From NCBI RefSeq assembly GCF_009914755.1, contig NC_060940.1: a stretch of DNA of 64,000 bases. One strand, written 5' to 3'. The DNA comes from the human T2T-CHM13v2.0 reference genome, Homo sapiens. The notes under the pieces are model-generated. The model saw only the letters and a program-made list of their open reading frames with translations, was not told the origin of the DNA and made no database searches. How positions within the stretch are numbered: position 1 is the first letter of the stretch; every line of letters starts with the position of its first letter. Below are positions 1 to 16,516 of the stretch, piece after piece. The translations under genes and the position numbers were made by a program.

Positions 1-15
1 AACCCCAGTGTACAA

Positions 16-539
16 ATTTTCTATGAAAAGCTAGAATTGATGATTATAATGAGTAAGTTGGCTCTTCCTTTTCCCATGTAGATTAGAAAACATGTTTTTA
101 AATCTTCTAATTGAAATTATTCTTAAAAAACCCCAAAGTCTGACATGACTCCAACTATTGTTGTTTTCATCAATATCAATCCTATCAAATCAAAGTTTAT
201 TTTAGTGTGTAATTAACACATGTAGACTAGAAAAGTTTGCACTTTTTTATATCACAAAAAAGGTTAATTTTATTTTCTATGGAAAGCTAGAATTGATGAT
301 AATGAGTAAGTCAGCTCTTCTTTTTCCCATGTAGATTAGAAAACAGGTTTTTAAATCTTGTAGTTGAAATTATTCTTAAAAAACCCCAAATCATGACATG
401 AATCCAACCATTCTTGTTTTTATCAATATTCACCCTATCAAATATAAAGTTTATTTTAGTGGGTAATTAACATGTGTAGATTAGCATAGCGTATGTGTAT
501 TTATATAACAAAAAATGAATCAAAAGTTAATTTTATTTT
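16..539. repeat. Diverged ~256-bp tandem duplication (2 copies)
   Basis: ATTTTCTATG(A/G)AAAGCTAGAATTGATGAT...GTTAATTTTATTTT occurs at 16-271 and again at 272-539, collinear with scattered substitutions and indels. Confidence 0.9.
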
Positions 540-1174
540 GGGCAGTGTTCCCTAGAAACTTATAATATGGCCCCATGCACTTCAGGTTGAATTTTCTTAG
601 TAAAATCATAAAGAGGTCCATTTTTTCAAAAAATCACCAAGTCAGGCTGCAAGTTTAGAGGTTACTTCTATTGTTTCACTTCTCTTTCTTCCCAGAAGCA
701 GACCCCAGAGACCTGTGAGCCAAACTCCACTCACCTTTTAGCTTATTCTAAATGTGTCCTGCGGGCTTCTCTGTGAATAAAAGGCAGAGGCTTTTTGACT
801 TCGTGTTTGATGATTTGGCTTTTTTCTTTTTTTTACCACCTGACGGGGGATTTCAGGCTCAATGTCCCAATCGAAATAAGAATCTTTGAGTGGGTTAACA
901 TTGAGTCTTAAAAAGGAGGGCTGATTTGTTGGAGAGGCAACAACGAATTCATTTTTCACTGTAGAGCACTCAGGAGGAGTCTGAAGCTTTGTCACTGGGC
1001 AACAGAATGCCTTTCTAAGTAAATATGGAAAATATGACCTTTGAAAATCTAGCTGATATGATATATAGATTCTTAGGATATAATTTTTAAAAAATATATT
1101 ATTTCCAAGCACTAATGATACTCCAGAGATACTGCCCACAACCAGATGCAGCATGTTTATAGTGTATCTAGGCC

Positions 1175-1197
1175 AAAAAAAAAAAAAAAAAAAAAAA
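1175..1197 (+). repeat. A23 homopolymer
   Basis: Direct read; no adjacent SINE/LINE body recognised. Confidence 0.95.
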
Positions 1198-1769
1198 TAG
1201 AAGATACAGAAGAAGGCAATTGGTCAAAAGATTAACTGAAGGTTTGAAAATAATTTTATACACATTTGTACTGTTGGGGTCTCTCTTCTCTCTGTCTCTG
1301 CTTATCCTTCTGTCTCTGTCTCTTTGTTTCCATCACACATGCACACACACACACGTGTATACACACACATATATGTAAGTAGATCAATATGTTATAATTT
1401 TCACAATACGCATCTTCTTTTGCTACTTTTCAGATACAGGTCATTAAATTACTAAGTATAATTTAAAATATATGGTCTGGCCTTTTAACTCTGCAGTTCA
1501 ATTAATTCTTGGGTAGATAGGGGGATCTGCTGAAAAGTTTGTCTCTGACGCCTTCAAAGGTAAGTCCCTTATGTTCTGGCATTTGCTCTAATAACATGAA
1601 TTCTTTGACTTCATTCATCCAATCTCTTCATTGAAATTGTGTGAAATTCCATAGATAGAATGTTAGCCTTTTTACAGAGAATACAACATCCACAGTGTTT
1701 ACATATGGCATTTGGAGGTGTGATGGCTGCTTGAAAATCCAGTAGGAAATTTGTCTATTCACCACATAC

Positions 1770-1880
1770 ATTCATTTATTCATCCATCCATCCCTCCATT
1801 TATCCACCCACCTCTCTATTCATCATCCGTTTTTCTGTTTATCTATTTGTCCATCCATGCATCCATCCATTCACTCCATT
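1770..1880 (+). repeat. Degenerate (TCCA)n/(TTCA)n tract
   Basis: catccatccatccc...atccatccattcac. Confidence 0.8.
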
Positions 1881-1896
1881 CTCCTTCTAAAAGTTC

Positions 1897-2481
<585 letters not shown>

Positions 2482-2489
2482 TCACTGAT

Positions 2490-2710
2490 TAAGTTCTATG
2501 TGTCAAGTTCTATTTGTCAGGAACTATTTTAGGTGACAGAATACAATGGTGAATGAAACTGAGAAAATTTCTGTTGTCATGGAGCTTATGATGTAGCGGG
2601 GGGAGATAAGACATTCTACAGATCATTTCACTCATATTTAACCTCATTTTTATTAGGTACTTTGAAGAAAATGGACTGGGTACCGGGAGAATATATAATG
2701 GGAAGCTAAC
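2490..2710 (-). mobile_element. L2 3' fragment (approximate)
   Basis: ctatttgtcaggaactattttagg...atacaatggtgaatgaaac...catggagctta resembles the antisense L2 3' end. Confidence 0.5.
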
Positions 2711-2878
2711 CTATGTAATGGCTGGGGATGCAGTCAGTGGTCTGGGAATTAAAAAAAAAAAGCCCAACTTCTCATTCTCATTTTCTGAGGTAACTGGAGA
2801 AAGTCTGAGTTGTCAAGGAACTAGAGCTAAAAATCTGTATTGTAAAACTGCCCATATCCTGGATAATATATGCAACAG

Positions 2879-3013
2879 GGCTGAAGGCAGTGGCTCATGT
2901 CTGTAATCACAGCACTCCGGAAGGCCAAGGCAAGAGGATTGCTTGAGGCCAGGAGTTCGAGACCAGCCTGGGCAACATAACAAGACCCTATCTCAATTAA
3001 AAACAAAACAAAA
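2879..3013 (+). mobile_element. FLAM / left Alu monomer
   Basis: Single left arm ending CCAGCCTGGGCAACATAACAAGACCC plus A-rich tail; atatatgca/atatgtgca flanks. Confidence 0.85.
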
Positions 3014-3678
3014 TATGTGCAGGAGACTTATCTTTGTGACATTCTATGGAGAAACCGTAAATATTTATTTGTATCATGGCTGCAAGTAAGATGAGTAAGT
3101 ATTTGGTAGAACTAGCCTGTTACCTTGAGATGGCTTCTTTCCCAGTTTGACAGAGAACTTCATCTCCTCTTAGTTAATAACTCAGATAATGAGCTGACTT
3201 CCTTTTTGTTTAGGGTTTACAGTTTGAGGTGGCTGTTCTAAAGAAGAAAAATCAGACAATTTCAGAGGTGGAGGAGCAAGTCTGGGCCAATAGATTGAAA
3301 ATAAATAAAAAGAGAGAGCACGGCATTTCAGTGAGAGGCATTTTGAGCTGAAAGTCAGTTTTCAGGGAGCACAAGATTACTCACATTGCCTGCCAAATAC
3401 CTTCCTCACCCTGTGTCCATCTCTGATATATTACAACTCTTCATTCCTTTGGCTTAGGCAGTATTTTCTCTTGTTCAGAAGATACTTTTTAAGTAGTTTA
3501 ACAATAAACAGTGTTGACTCACTTATAGAGAAAGGACTTTTGTCAAGTCTGTCTTTCTGATTTCATTAAGGAGAAAGTCTCAGTTGGTGTTAATATATCT
3601 TTAACAACCCTCTAACACAAATCTGGGCACTTAGTAGATATCTGTTGAATATTCTTTTTTTTAATTATAAAGGAACTA

Positions 3679-4025
<347 letters not shown>

Positions 4026-4699
4026 CTATAAACCAACTTTTTTTTGAGTCAGCGAGGGTACACTTTTACCTAATGTTGAGCCTGGTTCTGTTCTACCCTG
4101 AGCTTGATTCTGTACTGGCTATTCCTCCTTGTGAACAGAGAAGGGAAGTTCAGTGTCTTTCCTGGAAATTTTTGGTGTTGTAAGGATGCTCAGTGTTCCT
4201 GAAGGTTGAGAGGAACAGCAAGGACAGGATCTGGTAGAGATGTCGCTTTTATTCAGAAGTGCTAAGCTGTTAATCATTACCATGGTTGTTATTACCTTTT
4301 AATTGCCATTTGTCCTGCTTGTTTGTGGTCTCCTGGGCATCTCCTTCCCCCTCAGCCCACAAGCAGAAAGTTGCCCTACAGAGTCAGGAGGAGAACTCAA
4401 ACCCAGACCAGAGAGCTCTGATCCACTCCTATGGGTCTTGGAACTGGCTAAGTAGATGGAAATTAACTGATTCAAGATATGCAACACCATTAGTTCAACC
4501 ATAGCTGTGTTCCTGGGGTGAATTCTAGCTTTCTTTTTTCTTTCATCTTGCTACTTCCCAGAGACCAGACTTTGGGCCTCTAGGGAAGGAGTATCAAATT
4601 GGGCTTGAGAGTTCAAGCTCAAAACAGACCTGATTTTAAATCTTGGTTCTGCTTCTCCATATCTTCATGACCTTTGGGTGGGTAAAATATGATCCTGCC

Positions 4700-4745
<46 letters not shown>

Positions 4746-4975
4746 CATCTATCTATCTATCCATCCATCCACCTATCCACCAATACATCCATCCGTCTGT
4801 CCATCCATCCATCCATCCATCCATCCATCCACCCATCCACCCAGCTATTCTTCCATTCATTCATCCAAACATCCACCCATCCACCCAGCTATTCTTCCAT
4901 TCATCCATCCATCCATCCATCCATCCATCCATCCATCCATCCATCCGTCTGGCTATCCAACCATTTTTCCATTCA
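4700..4975 (+). repeat. Compound (TCTA)n-(TCCA)n microsatellite
   Basis: About 11 TCTA units followed by interrupted TCCA arrays. Confidence 0.95.
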
Positions 4976-5480
4976 TTTAATATATATTTATTGGATGCCT
5001 ACCACATATCAGGTACTGTTCTAGGCATTGGAACTAGAACAGTGAACAGAACAGCATCGCTGGCTTCATGGAATTTACATTCTAGTAGAATAACAGTAAT
5101 AAGTGAATAACATAGAACGAATATATTGTATAATGTCAGGTTGCCATATGGGCTTTGAAGAGAAGTAAGACACTGTCCTCACCCTTAAAGATCTTCCTGG
5201 TCTTTTAAAAGGAGAACAGCACATGGCCAATTAGTTCTGAGACATAATGTAAAGTGCTACACCAAGAATGTAAAAACACTTTGGATGGCATCCCTACTCC
5301 TCCTCGGACCGGTGAAGATTCCACAGAGGAGGTGACATTTGGGAACAGTCTTACAGCAGGAGTGGGAGTTCCCGGATTGACAAGGGGATGAGGGCAGGGG
5401 AGGGTGTTTCAGGCACAGGACAGGACAACGCAGTTGAGATAGTGAGGAGAGAGAATAGGGCACATGCAGGGAACAGGAAG
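4970..5480 (-). mobile_element. L2 fragments (approximate)
   Basis: atttattggatgcctaccacatatcaggtactgttctaggcattgg and gaggaggtgacatttg are typical antisense L2. Confidence 0.65.
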
Positions 5481-6029
5481 AAGAGGGTGTGAGGGAGGGA
5501 GGAGCAGGTGGGAGGTGAACGTCATATCAGAGGGGTTGGCCCCTGTGAAGGCAGTGTAGTGACTAGGAAGTGGTTGTTGTCACTGTTTTAAAGTGGGATG
5601 TGTGGGGGTGAGTGAAATGGCCAAATGTTTGAAAAAGAGGAGCATGAGATGCCTTTGGCAACAATACTTGCCATGACTCAAATCCTGAAATTCTAGGCCT
5701 GCAGTGATGGAAGTCAGGCAGGAGAAACTGAAATGGCCATTTAGAAGCAGTGGGGGTGCCTTACCGGAGCACCTCGTGGCTGTTGCTATTTTTCACACCC
5801 TAAAGAGACATTTGGAATTTCATGTCAGTCATATTGTTGATTGTTCTATTTTGAGGGTGGTTACTAGTTATTTTTATGGTTCTAACAATAGGGACATCTC
5901 TCTTCACTGTATCCTTAGACGCGGAGGGCCGTAGAAATGAATTTTCCTCTGAAAGGCATCCTCCCACTCCCTCTCCCTCTCCACTGCTGTCACCCAGTGG
6001 GTACGTGTTTATTGAGCACATGCTGCACA

Positions 6030-6245
6030 TGGTGGTGAAGAGTTGGTGTTTTGGAGAAAGAAAGGCTTCGATTTAAATCTTGACTTCTTGCTGTGGGACC
6101 TTAAGCAAGTTACTTAACCTCTTCGAGCTTCTGTTTTTTCATAGCTAAAAGGATATAATAATAAAACCTACTTTATGTGAAGTGTTTCTTAGCACCCTAC
6201 CTGACATATATACAGTAAGCACTTGATAAATGGTAGCTATTTCTG
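6030..6245 (+). mobile_element. MIR
   Basis: ctgtgggaccttaagcaagttacttaacctct core. Confidence 0.75.
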
Positions 6246-7077
6246 TTCTTCCTAGGACTGGGCACTGTCCTTGTCCTTACTGAGTTTATAATCCTGTTGG
6301 GGAGGCAAGATGAATGCTCTTGAATCAAGGAGACGACGCAAGAATGGATGTGCTTACATGTCGTGGTCAATAGCATTAGCTGCACCTTACAGTGGATCTT
6401 AGAGAGAAATGCTTGGTTGGGGCCAGAGAGGTGATATGAGTGTGAGTGAGCACAGTGCTTTCTGAGAAACCCTTTCCTGGCCTGCAACACTTTAATTTGT
6501 GGGAAACCTCAGGAAGTAGAATTGCAATCTGTGATCGCCCCATCGGCTGACCTCACTTCAAAAATGTATTGGTAGCATTTCAACTTTAAATAGATTTGTG
6601 ACCATTTCACCCTTCTAAATTTGGGTTCCCTTCACCCTTTGGGTGGAGTGTTTATATCCCTTTTCGGTTGAAGAAGCTGACAGATAGTGTAGGTGAAGGT
6701 GGAGGGTGAAGTCTGAAGGACGGTCGCTTGTCTCATTGGGATAGTCAGGGCAGTGATTTTTGTGGGATGGCCCTATATTGAAGATCTTCTTTCCCTCCCT
6801 AAAGGTAGAGACCATTCTTTAGAGTTTAGTGAGTGCTGCAAATGAAGATTTGATCGTTATTTGGATTTTTTTGCATGTGTATGTATGGATTTTTTTTGGT
6901 AGTTATCCAGATACATTTTGTGGCAAAATTTATGGCTGAGGGTATTGATAATTGTTTCTGAGCCAAACAGTGCACTTAGGGAAACAGGATTGACATATAG
7001 AGTAGAGAAGGACTTCTTTTTATTTCAGTTGGATATTCATCTTTTGGTGGCTAGCTTTTTTAAAAAAAACTATTAAT

Positions 7078-10042
<2,965 letters not shown>

Positions 10043-10555
10043 ATTGACATCCAGATCAAGAAACAGAACATGCTGGTACCCTAGAAGCATCATCTCACAA
10101 TCCCTATCAACCGTATCCTTCAGGAGTAATCACTATCCTAACCTCTATCACCTATGATTACTTTCATCTGTTCCTGAACTTATGCCCACTTTTCTGTTAT
10201 GCAACTCCATTGACTTATGCCCATTTTTCTGTTAAAAAATTTAAAAAGTGCAGAGCTTTAAGTTACTGAGGCTGAGCCTGAGAAATGTTAGCTGGGACTT
10301 TTTTAGTTTTGCATAGAGGAAGTGAAATCCGTATGGGAGACAGGCACCTTCTGGAATCACCCATTGGGGAATGGTGCCGTTTGCCTTCTTTGGGGAACAT
10401 CTGCTTCCTGTTTCAATGTTGCCCATCGGTTCCAGACTGTTCAACAAGGAAGCCAGGGCATTCTGACAGTTTTTCCACCCAATAATTTAGCTCTGTAAAT
10501 ACTAGGAAAACTTGAGCTCACAAACTATTTTTAGGGCTTAACATTTCAAAAATTC

Positions 10556-10935
10556 TGTATTAGTAAGAATCTATTAAAGCTGCTGTAACAGACAAACCTT
10601 GAAGTCTCTGTGGCTTGACAGAAGGGAGTTTATTTCTTACTCATGTCACTAACCAGTGCAGGTGGTCCTGGTCAGGACATCTTCCACAGAGTCACACAGG
10701 ACCCCAGGGTCCTCCCCATTGGGCCAGTGGAAGGGGAAAGGGAAATTGAGAAAGCACACTCATTTCACAACCACTTCAGCTGGGGAAGGAAGTCACATCA
10801 CTTCTGCTCACATTCTATTTGCCAGAACCCAGGCAAAGAGGCAACCAACGGAAGGGGGTCCTGGGACATGTCAACTAGCTCTATGTCCAGGAGGAAAAGA
10901 AAACAGGTTTTGATGAACTCAGTAAATCTCACTCC
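10556..10935 (-). mobile_element. MLT1 (K/J-like) MaLR LTR
   Basis: tgtattagt...gctgctgtaacagacaaacc...ctctgtggcttgaca...tttatttcttactcatg. Confidence 0.65.
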
Positions 10936-11199
10936 AGTCTCCAAAGCCATAATTTCCTTTGTCTTTCTTTGCGGTGATGTATCTAGTTTTATCTCTCACT
11001 TGACTGGTAAAACTAAGATGCAAAACTCTGGACGTCTTTATCTTATCAAACATAGCAGGGAAAGAGTGAGTTCTATTTGTGTTCCTAAAAGTGAAATAAA
11101 GAAGCACTTTTCTTGTTTTTAGTTATTAGAACAATCTGGCTCTTGTCAGACTTTCTAGTTTTTCAATCAGTCAGAATTCTTGCCTCTCTGGTTGCCTGT

Positions 11200-11561
11200 T
11201 GTATTAATCCATTCTCATGCTGCTAATAAAGGCATAACTGAGACTGGGTAATTTATAAAGGAAAGAGGTTTAATTGACTCACAATTCAGCATGGCTGGGG
11301 AGGCCTCACAATCATGGCAGAAGGCAAAGGAAGGTCAAGGCACTTCTTACATGGCAGCAGGCAAGAGAGCGTGCACAGGGGAACTGCCCTTTATAAAACC
11401 ATCAGATCTCGTGAGACTTATTCACTATCACGAGAACAGCATTAGAAAACCCACCCCCATGATTCCATTACCTTCCGCCAGGTCCTTCTCATGACACATG
11501 GGGATTATGAGAGCTACAATTCAAGATGAGATTTGGGTGGGGACACAGCCAAACCATATCA
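11200..11561 (-). mobile_element. THE1 solo LTR (ERVL-MaLR)
   Basis: 362 bp, TGTATTA...CAAACCATATCA termini, perfect 5-bp TSD CCTGT (11195-11199 / 11562-11566). Confidence 0.93.
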
Positions 11562-11681
11562 CCTGTGGACATCCCAAGCCGATCTCTTTGAGGCCGGGTT
11601 AGTTCTCTTCTAAGCTGACTTGTTATATAGAAGAATCCTTTGTTGGTTCTACTTCCAGATATTTGACTGGACACCCAACAA

Positions 11682-12158
11682 ATCAATTATCTATTGCTGG
11701 ATAGCACATAACCTCAAGGCTTAGTGGCTTAAAGTAGCCACTGTTTTATTTAGTTTTAGTTTCTGTGGGTCAGTAATTTGGGCTGGGCTCAGCTGGGTGG
11801 TCTGTCTGATCTGGGCAGGGATTGGCTGTTCTTGGCTGGGCTCATTTACCTTCCTGGGGCCTCAGCAGGGATGTCTAGGACAACTGGGGCCTCTCTTCAG
11901 GTCTTTCATCTTCCAGTGGGCTATCCTGAGCATGGTCATATGCTGATGGGTGCATTCTCTGGGCATGAGCAAGGGCTGCAGGGCTTCTTGAAGCCAAGGC
12001 TCAGAACATGCATAACATCACTTCTGCCATATTCCCTGGTCAAAGCAAATCACAAGCCCACCCCAGAAGTAAAGGAGGAAATAGAGAAGAGAATAGAGAT
12101 GCCTCCTCTTGATGGGAGAAGCTGCAAATAATTTGTGATATTTTTGGAACCCACCACA
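11682..12158 (-). mobile_element. MLT1 (F/G/H-like) MaLR LTR
   Basis: atctattgctg...cttagtggcttaaa...ctgtgggtcag...cctcttgatgggagaagctgcaaa. Confidence 0.7.
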
Positions 12159-12629
12159 CTAATTTCAGTGTGGTCCTCGCAATTGCTTGGCTGTCTAAAA
12201 ACATACTCCAGTCTAGTGTGCATTTCTGAAAATGAACTTGATCAAAGGCAGGCCCCAAATGAGTGCTCAACATTTACACCTGATAATAATACTACCTACC
12301 TCCTAGGGAAATGGTAGGGCCAGATGAGATGCTGTATGCAAAGGATACGGCCAGGACTTAGTGCACACGCAACACTGAATACTACCACCATGACTACTGA
12401 ATACTGCCATCAAATACTACCGTTACTACCACTTGGCACTCCCTAAAAGCTTGAGATTCAGAGAAAGGAAGACAAAGCCCCTGTACTTGAGGAGGGAGAG
12501 AATAAAGAGAGCCGGCGGGGGAGGGGGTGGCAGGAGAGAGAGAGAGAGAGAGGCGTGTGAGTGAGTTCTTGCAACACAGTGTGGTCAGTGTGATCACAGA
12601 GCTGTGATGGAGTGCGGATGAGGTCTGAT

Positions 12630-12875
12630 GACTTACTGGTCAAGAGCATGGGTTCAGGCCTCAGTTCCTCCCCAATCACATGTGGGGTCTTAGGCATCTT
12701 TCTCTTTAATCTTCAGTTTCTTTGTCTGTGAAATGAAGATAATGGCACAGAGCCTACCTCCCAGAGTTCTATGTGGATTAAATGAGACAGGCAAACAACA
12801 ACAAAAACCACAAACAAACAAAAAACAAAAATGAAAACAAAAATCATGTGATTGCTTATTAAATGTTAGTTATAG
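12630..12875 (+). mobile_element. MIR
   Basis: cttcagtttctttgtctgtgaaatgaagataat...cctacctcccagagtt...attaaatgaga. Confidence 0.65.
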
Positions 12876-12974
12876 AAAAAAATATAAGTTCTTAAATGTG
12901 CCCTTGTAAAAATGTCCTAAAGACCTCATCTTTATTTAGTTCTTCTGCAACTCTGGCTAGCATCATTGATAAAT

Positions 12975-13350
12975 TGTCTTAAAAGATGAAGATTTGTATG
13001 CAGGTGGTTTATTGGGGATGTAGCTCTTGGGAACAACATCTATAAGGGATAGAGGGAAGCAGGGAAGAGGTAGTTGAACTGTGGTGCAATAGTTGTAATA
13101 GAGGCCAAAGCCAATTCCATGGCTGGAGCTGAGACGGCCCTTCAGAACTGGGACAAGCCAATGCATCAAGTGGGCATTGATTGTGGGCTGCTCTTTGGAA
13201 GGCAGCATTACCTTGGGCAAAGCAGCTCCCTTCTTCAGGGGAGGAGTCCCAGGGAGGACACAGCTGTGAGCAATTGGTTTTCCCAGCAGCTGGGGGAATG
13301 AGTGCCTTGTCCCTATAGATGGTTTTGAGGGGGCTGCATTTGGGGGAATG
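12975..13350 (-). mobile_element. ERVL LTR (LTR16/LTR33-like), approximate
   Basis: gatttgtatgcaggtggtttattgggg...ctcttgggaacaacatctata resembles the antisense LTR16 group. Confidence 0.45.
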
Positions 13351-13896
13351 CCTTCTGGGGTTCACTGCGTGCTTCTATGTCTTTCTTAGAGGTTCATTTC
13401 AAACTATACCTTGGTTCATTCACAGTACTGATTTAGTTACTATCCAGATTCATAGACTGTACTTGCTGGCACTGGAATATCATGGACAGAGAGTCCTAAT
13501 CTGACTAGGCCTAGGGAATGACATGGGAATAGCTTGTCCTGGGTCATCCAGCTACCAGAGAGGAGAGCTGGGATTCATATCCAACCAACGATACTTTATA
13601 CCTCACATTACTTCTGTTATGCTACACACTCCTGAGTCACAGGAGATTCCAACTTGTATTTCAAGCCCAGACTGCATGACTTCAATGTCCTGTTGCCCTT
13701 AACCCCTGTATCAGATTGCAGCCCCACTCTGGAAAGTTTTCTTGAATTCTTCTATGTATGTTTTTTAAACTGTGGGTCATCACTCATTAGAAGTTCATGA
13801 AGTCAATATAATAGGTCAAGAATACCATGAAGAAAGCAGAACAGAAAATATCACAGTGCATCACTCTCAGGAAGGGTAGATATTGTTTCACGAAAC

Positions 13897-14209
<313 letters not shown>

Positions 14210-15069
14210 TGATATAAACATATATAGCCATGAGTGAACTGGGTCAAAATGTAAAATGTGTCTCTTACTGCAGGTAACTGTCAATGTAGTTCGAATATCA
14301 CTGTGAAATATATAGAGAAGAGGCTCTGGGGGCTCATGAACTTGGCCCATGGACTGTTGAGGCTTTTTTTTTAATCTTTAGAGATGATATAAATGTAGTG
14401 CTTTGAATTCTTTATAATTAGAAGTTTTATTCTTACCCCATCACCATGTCCCAAGATAATTTTTATTATCATCTTTCAGCTTTAACATATCACAGACAAA
14501 AGTTATTTTTCCAAATAGAATTTTAAGTATGGTATAAGAGGTTTTTAGAAATGGAATGATTGGTTTTGGCGGAACTGCCTGGCCTGACCTGTCACTCGGG
14601 TGAAGTGTCAGAGAGCTGTGTCGAATGCTGGCGGAGAACTGTCCCTCTCCTGCAGAGAGAAGGAGCTGCTTATCCTGGGGGATAATGTGGGTTGAGAAAG
14701 AAGTGTTTTATGAGCAGAATCAGCACAGAGGGAGGGAGGAGGAGGTGTTTAGGGGCTGCAGAGAGCCGCCAGAAGATGTGGGAACAGTATGCCAGCACGG
14801 AGGTGGGTCAGATCCCCATGGTGGGACTCTGCTGAGGGTTGCCTCCAGCCGAGACTTCCAAGGGCTGGGATTCAGTGTGTGTTTATGTTCTCTGGTGTGC
14901 CTGATAGGTGGGGGCCCACATGACAGCTGGCCTCTCTGTGTTTCCCTTCTGGCCGTCTCTGATTTGGGGCCCAAGGGCCATAGGGGGGCCAGGGCACTCC
15001 AGATGGGACGAAAAGTCAAGTCCAAGAAAAAAATGAAATCCGGGCTAGGCTTGTCCCTGCTTGAGGATG

Positions 15070-15120
15070 TGAGAGAGAGAGAGAGAGTGTGTGTGTGTGT
15101 GTGGGTGTGTGCGCACGTGC
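15070..15120 (+). repeat. (GA)n(GT)n microsatellite
   Basis: Direct read. Confidence 0.9.
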
Positions 15121-15219
15121 GTCTGCAGTCCCTAGAAGGATCTCTATTCATTGGACAGAGAGGCCAAGGGAATTTTCCATTTCCTGGATGTCTTCAAAGA
15201 TTTCAAATGCCATTAACTT

Positions 15220-15400
15220 GAGCTGACATTTATTGAGTACTCACTCGGTGACTGGCACTGTTCTAAGTACTTTACATGTATTAACTTATTTAATCCTCAC
15301 AACAGCCCTGTGTGGCTGCTACTGTTATTGTTACCATTTTATGCTGAGAAAACAGCACAAAGAATTGAGAAATTTTTCCAAAGTTACAGTTAGGATTCAA
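15220..15400 (-). mobile_element. MIR
   Basis: acatttattgagtac...ggcactgttctaagtactttacatgtattaacttatttaatcctcacaacagccc. Confidence 0.8.
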
Positions 15401-15439
15401 AAATAGACTTGGTTTTAGGATTGTGTAACTTCAGAATTG

Positions 15440-15486
15440 ATGGTGACAATGACGTTGATGATGAGGATGATGATGATGATGATGAA
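15440..15486 (+). repeat. (GAT)n tract
   Basis: Direct read. Confidence 0.85.
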
Positions 15487-16303
15487 GGCAGCTAATATTT
15501 CAGTGTCTGCAATGAGCTGGGCATTTTCACAAACTTTATCCCTTTGAATCTTTACCTTCCACTAAGATTTGCTGCTATTCTTATCCCTTTTGTAGATAAG
15601 AAAGCAAGCTTAGAGAAGATAAAACATTTGCTTAAGTAACTGCAGAGCGTAGATTGAATTCAGGTCCATTCGAGTCAGACTGTCTGTTCCCAGACACCAA
15701 GGTGAAGGGCTCCGGGGGTCACAGAGGAGCACCATGGTGAGGAAGGCCCCGTAAGAGTGTGGCAGAATGGCAACCAGGAAGGATCTGGTATACGGGATGG
15801 TGATAAGGCCCATCTCTCATGGCCAGGAAAGTGTGCCTGCCACAGCAATGAATGAAACTGGCAACATTTGACAGGAAGGGGAAATTCTCTAGTGGGAGGA
15901 ATACTTCCATCAAACTGTTTTTTTTTTCCCAGTGGGGGAGTTTGCACATGTGTAGATTTTTTTAGCCATAGCCTTGAATAAGGAATTCAGAAAGTGGCTT
16001 CTAGTTTGAGGACTTTCATTGGCCACGTGATCACAGTAGGCTGATTTCTTCATGCCTAAGTTACCAGGCTGGGAGGACAGGCTGAGAACTATGCAAGCTG
16101 TTGAGTCACTTGGAAGGAAGAGGGTTACATACAGCAGGCACTTTCATGGAATAATACTTCCCTGAAGAGCTGCACTAATTTATTGAGGCACTGAGCTGGA
16201 TGCTTCACACACATGATCTCATTGAATGTCCACAGCACCCTAGGAGGTTGATCTCATTATTAACTTCATGAAGTGACTGAGGCTTAGAGATATTAAATAG
16301 CTT

Positions 16304-16516
16304 CCAGCCTGGGAAACATAGTGAAACCCCATCTCTGCAAAGAATAAAAAAAAATGAGCTAGGTGTGGTGGCTCGTGCTTATATTCACAGCTACTTAGGA
16401 GGCTGAGGTGGGAGGATCCCTTGAGCTTGTGAGGGTTGAGGCTGTAGTGAGCTTTGATGGCACCACTGCACTCCAGTCTGGGTGACAGAGTGAGACCCTC
16501 TCTCTAAACAAACAAA
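16304..16516 (+). mobile_element. 5'-truncated AluJ inserted in a MIR
   Basis: Starts at CCAGCCTGGGAAACATAG with a complete right arm; MIR sequence on both sides (about 16180-16620). Confidence 0.85.

Noticed and set aside
738-1197. 138-aa ORF, or a processed pseudogene ending in A23
   Set aside because: No recognisable homology. The ORF is on the strand opposite the poly(A), there is no AATAAA close to the tail, and I found no TSD.
4643-5110. SIHP, YIYI, KEGR, FLPS and CMYITHI repeat proteins (also at 20.4, 24.2, 32.8, 39.1, 54.2 and 60.0 kb)
   Set aside because: These are stop-free translations of micro- and minisatellites.
14625-15221. Longest ORF (198 aa) and its antisense partner
   Set aside because: It runs through a (GA)n(GT)n repeat and shows no domain or convincing splice context; this is consistent with chance in GC-richer DNA.
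16018-16029. ERSE-II-like ATTGGCCACGTG
   Set aside because: ERSE-II needs ATTGG-N-CCACG and the spacer base is missing. An isolated E-box is not enough.
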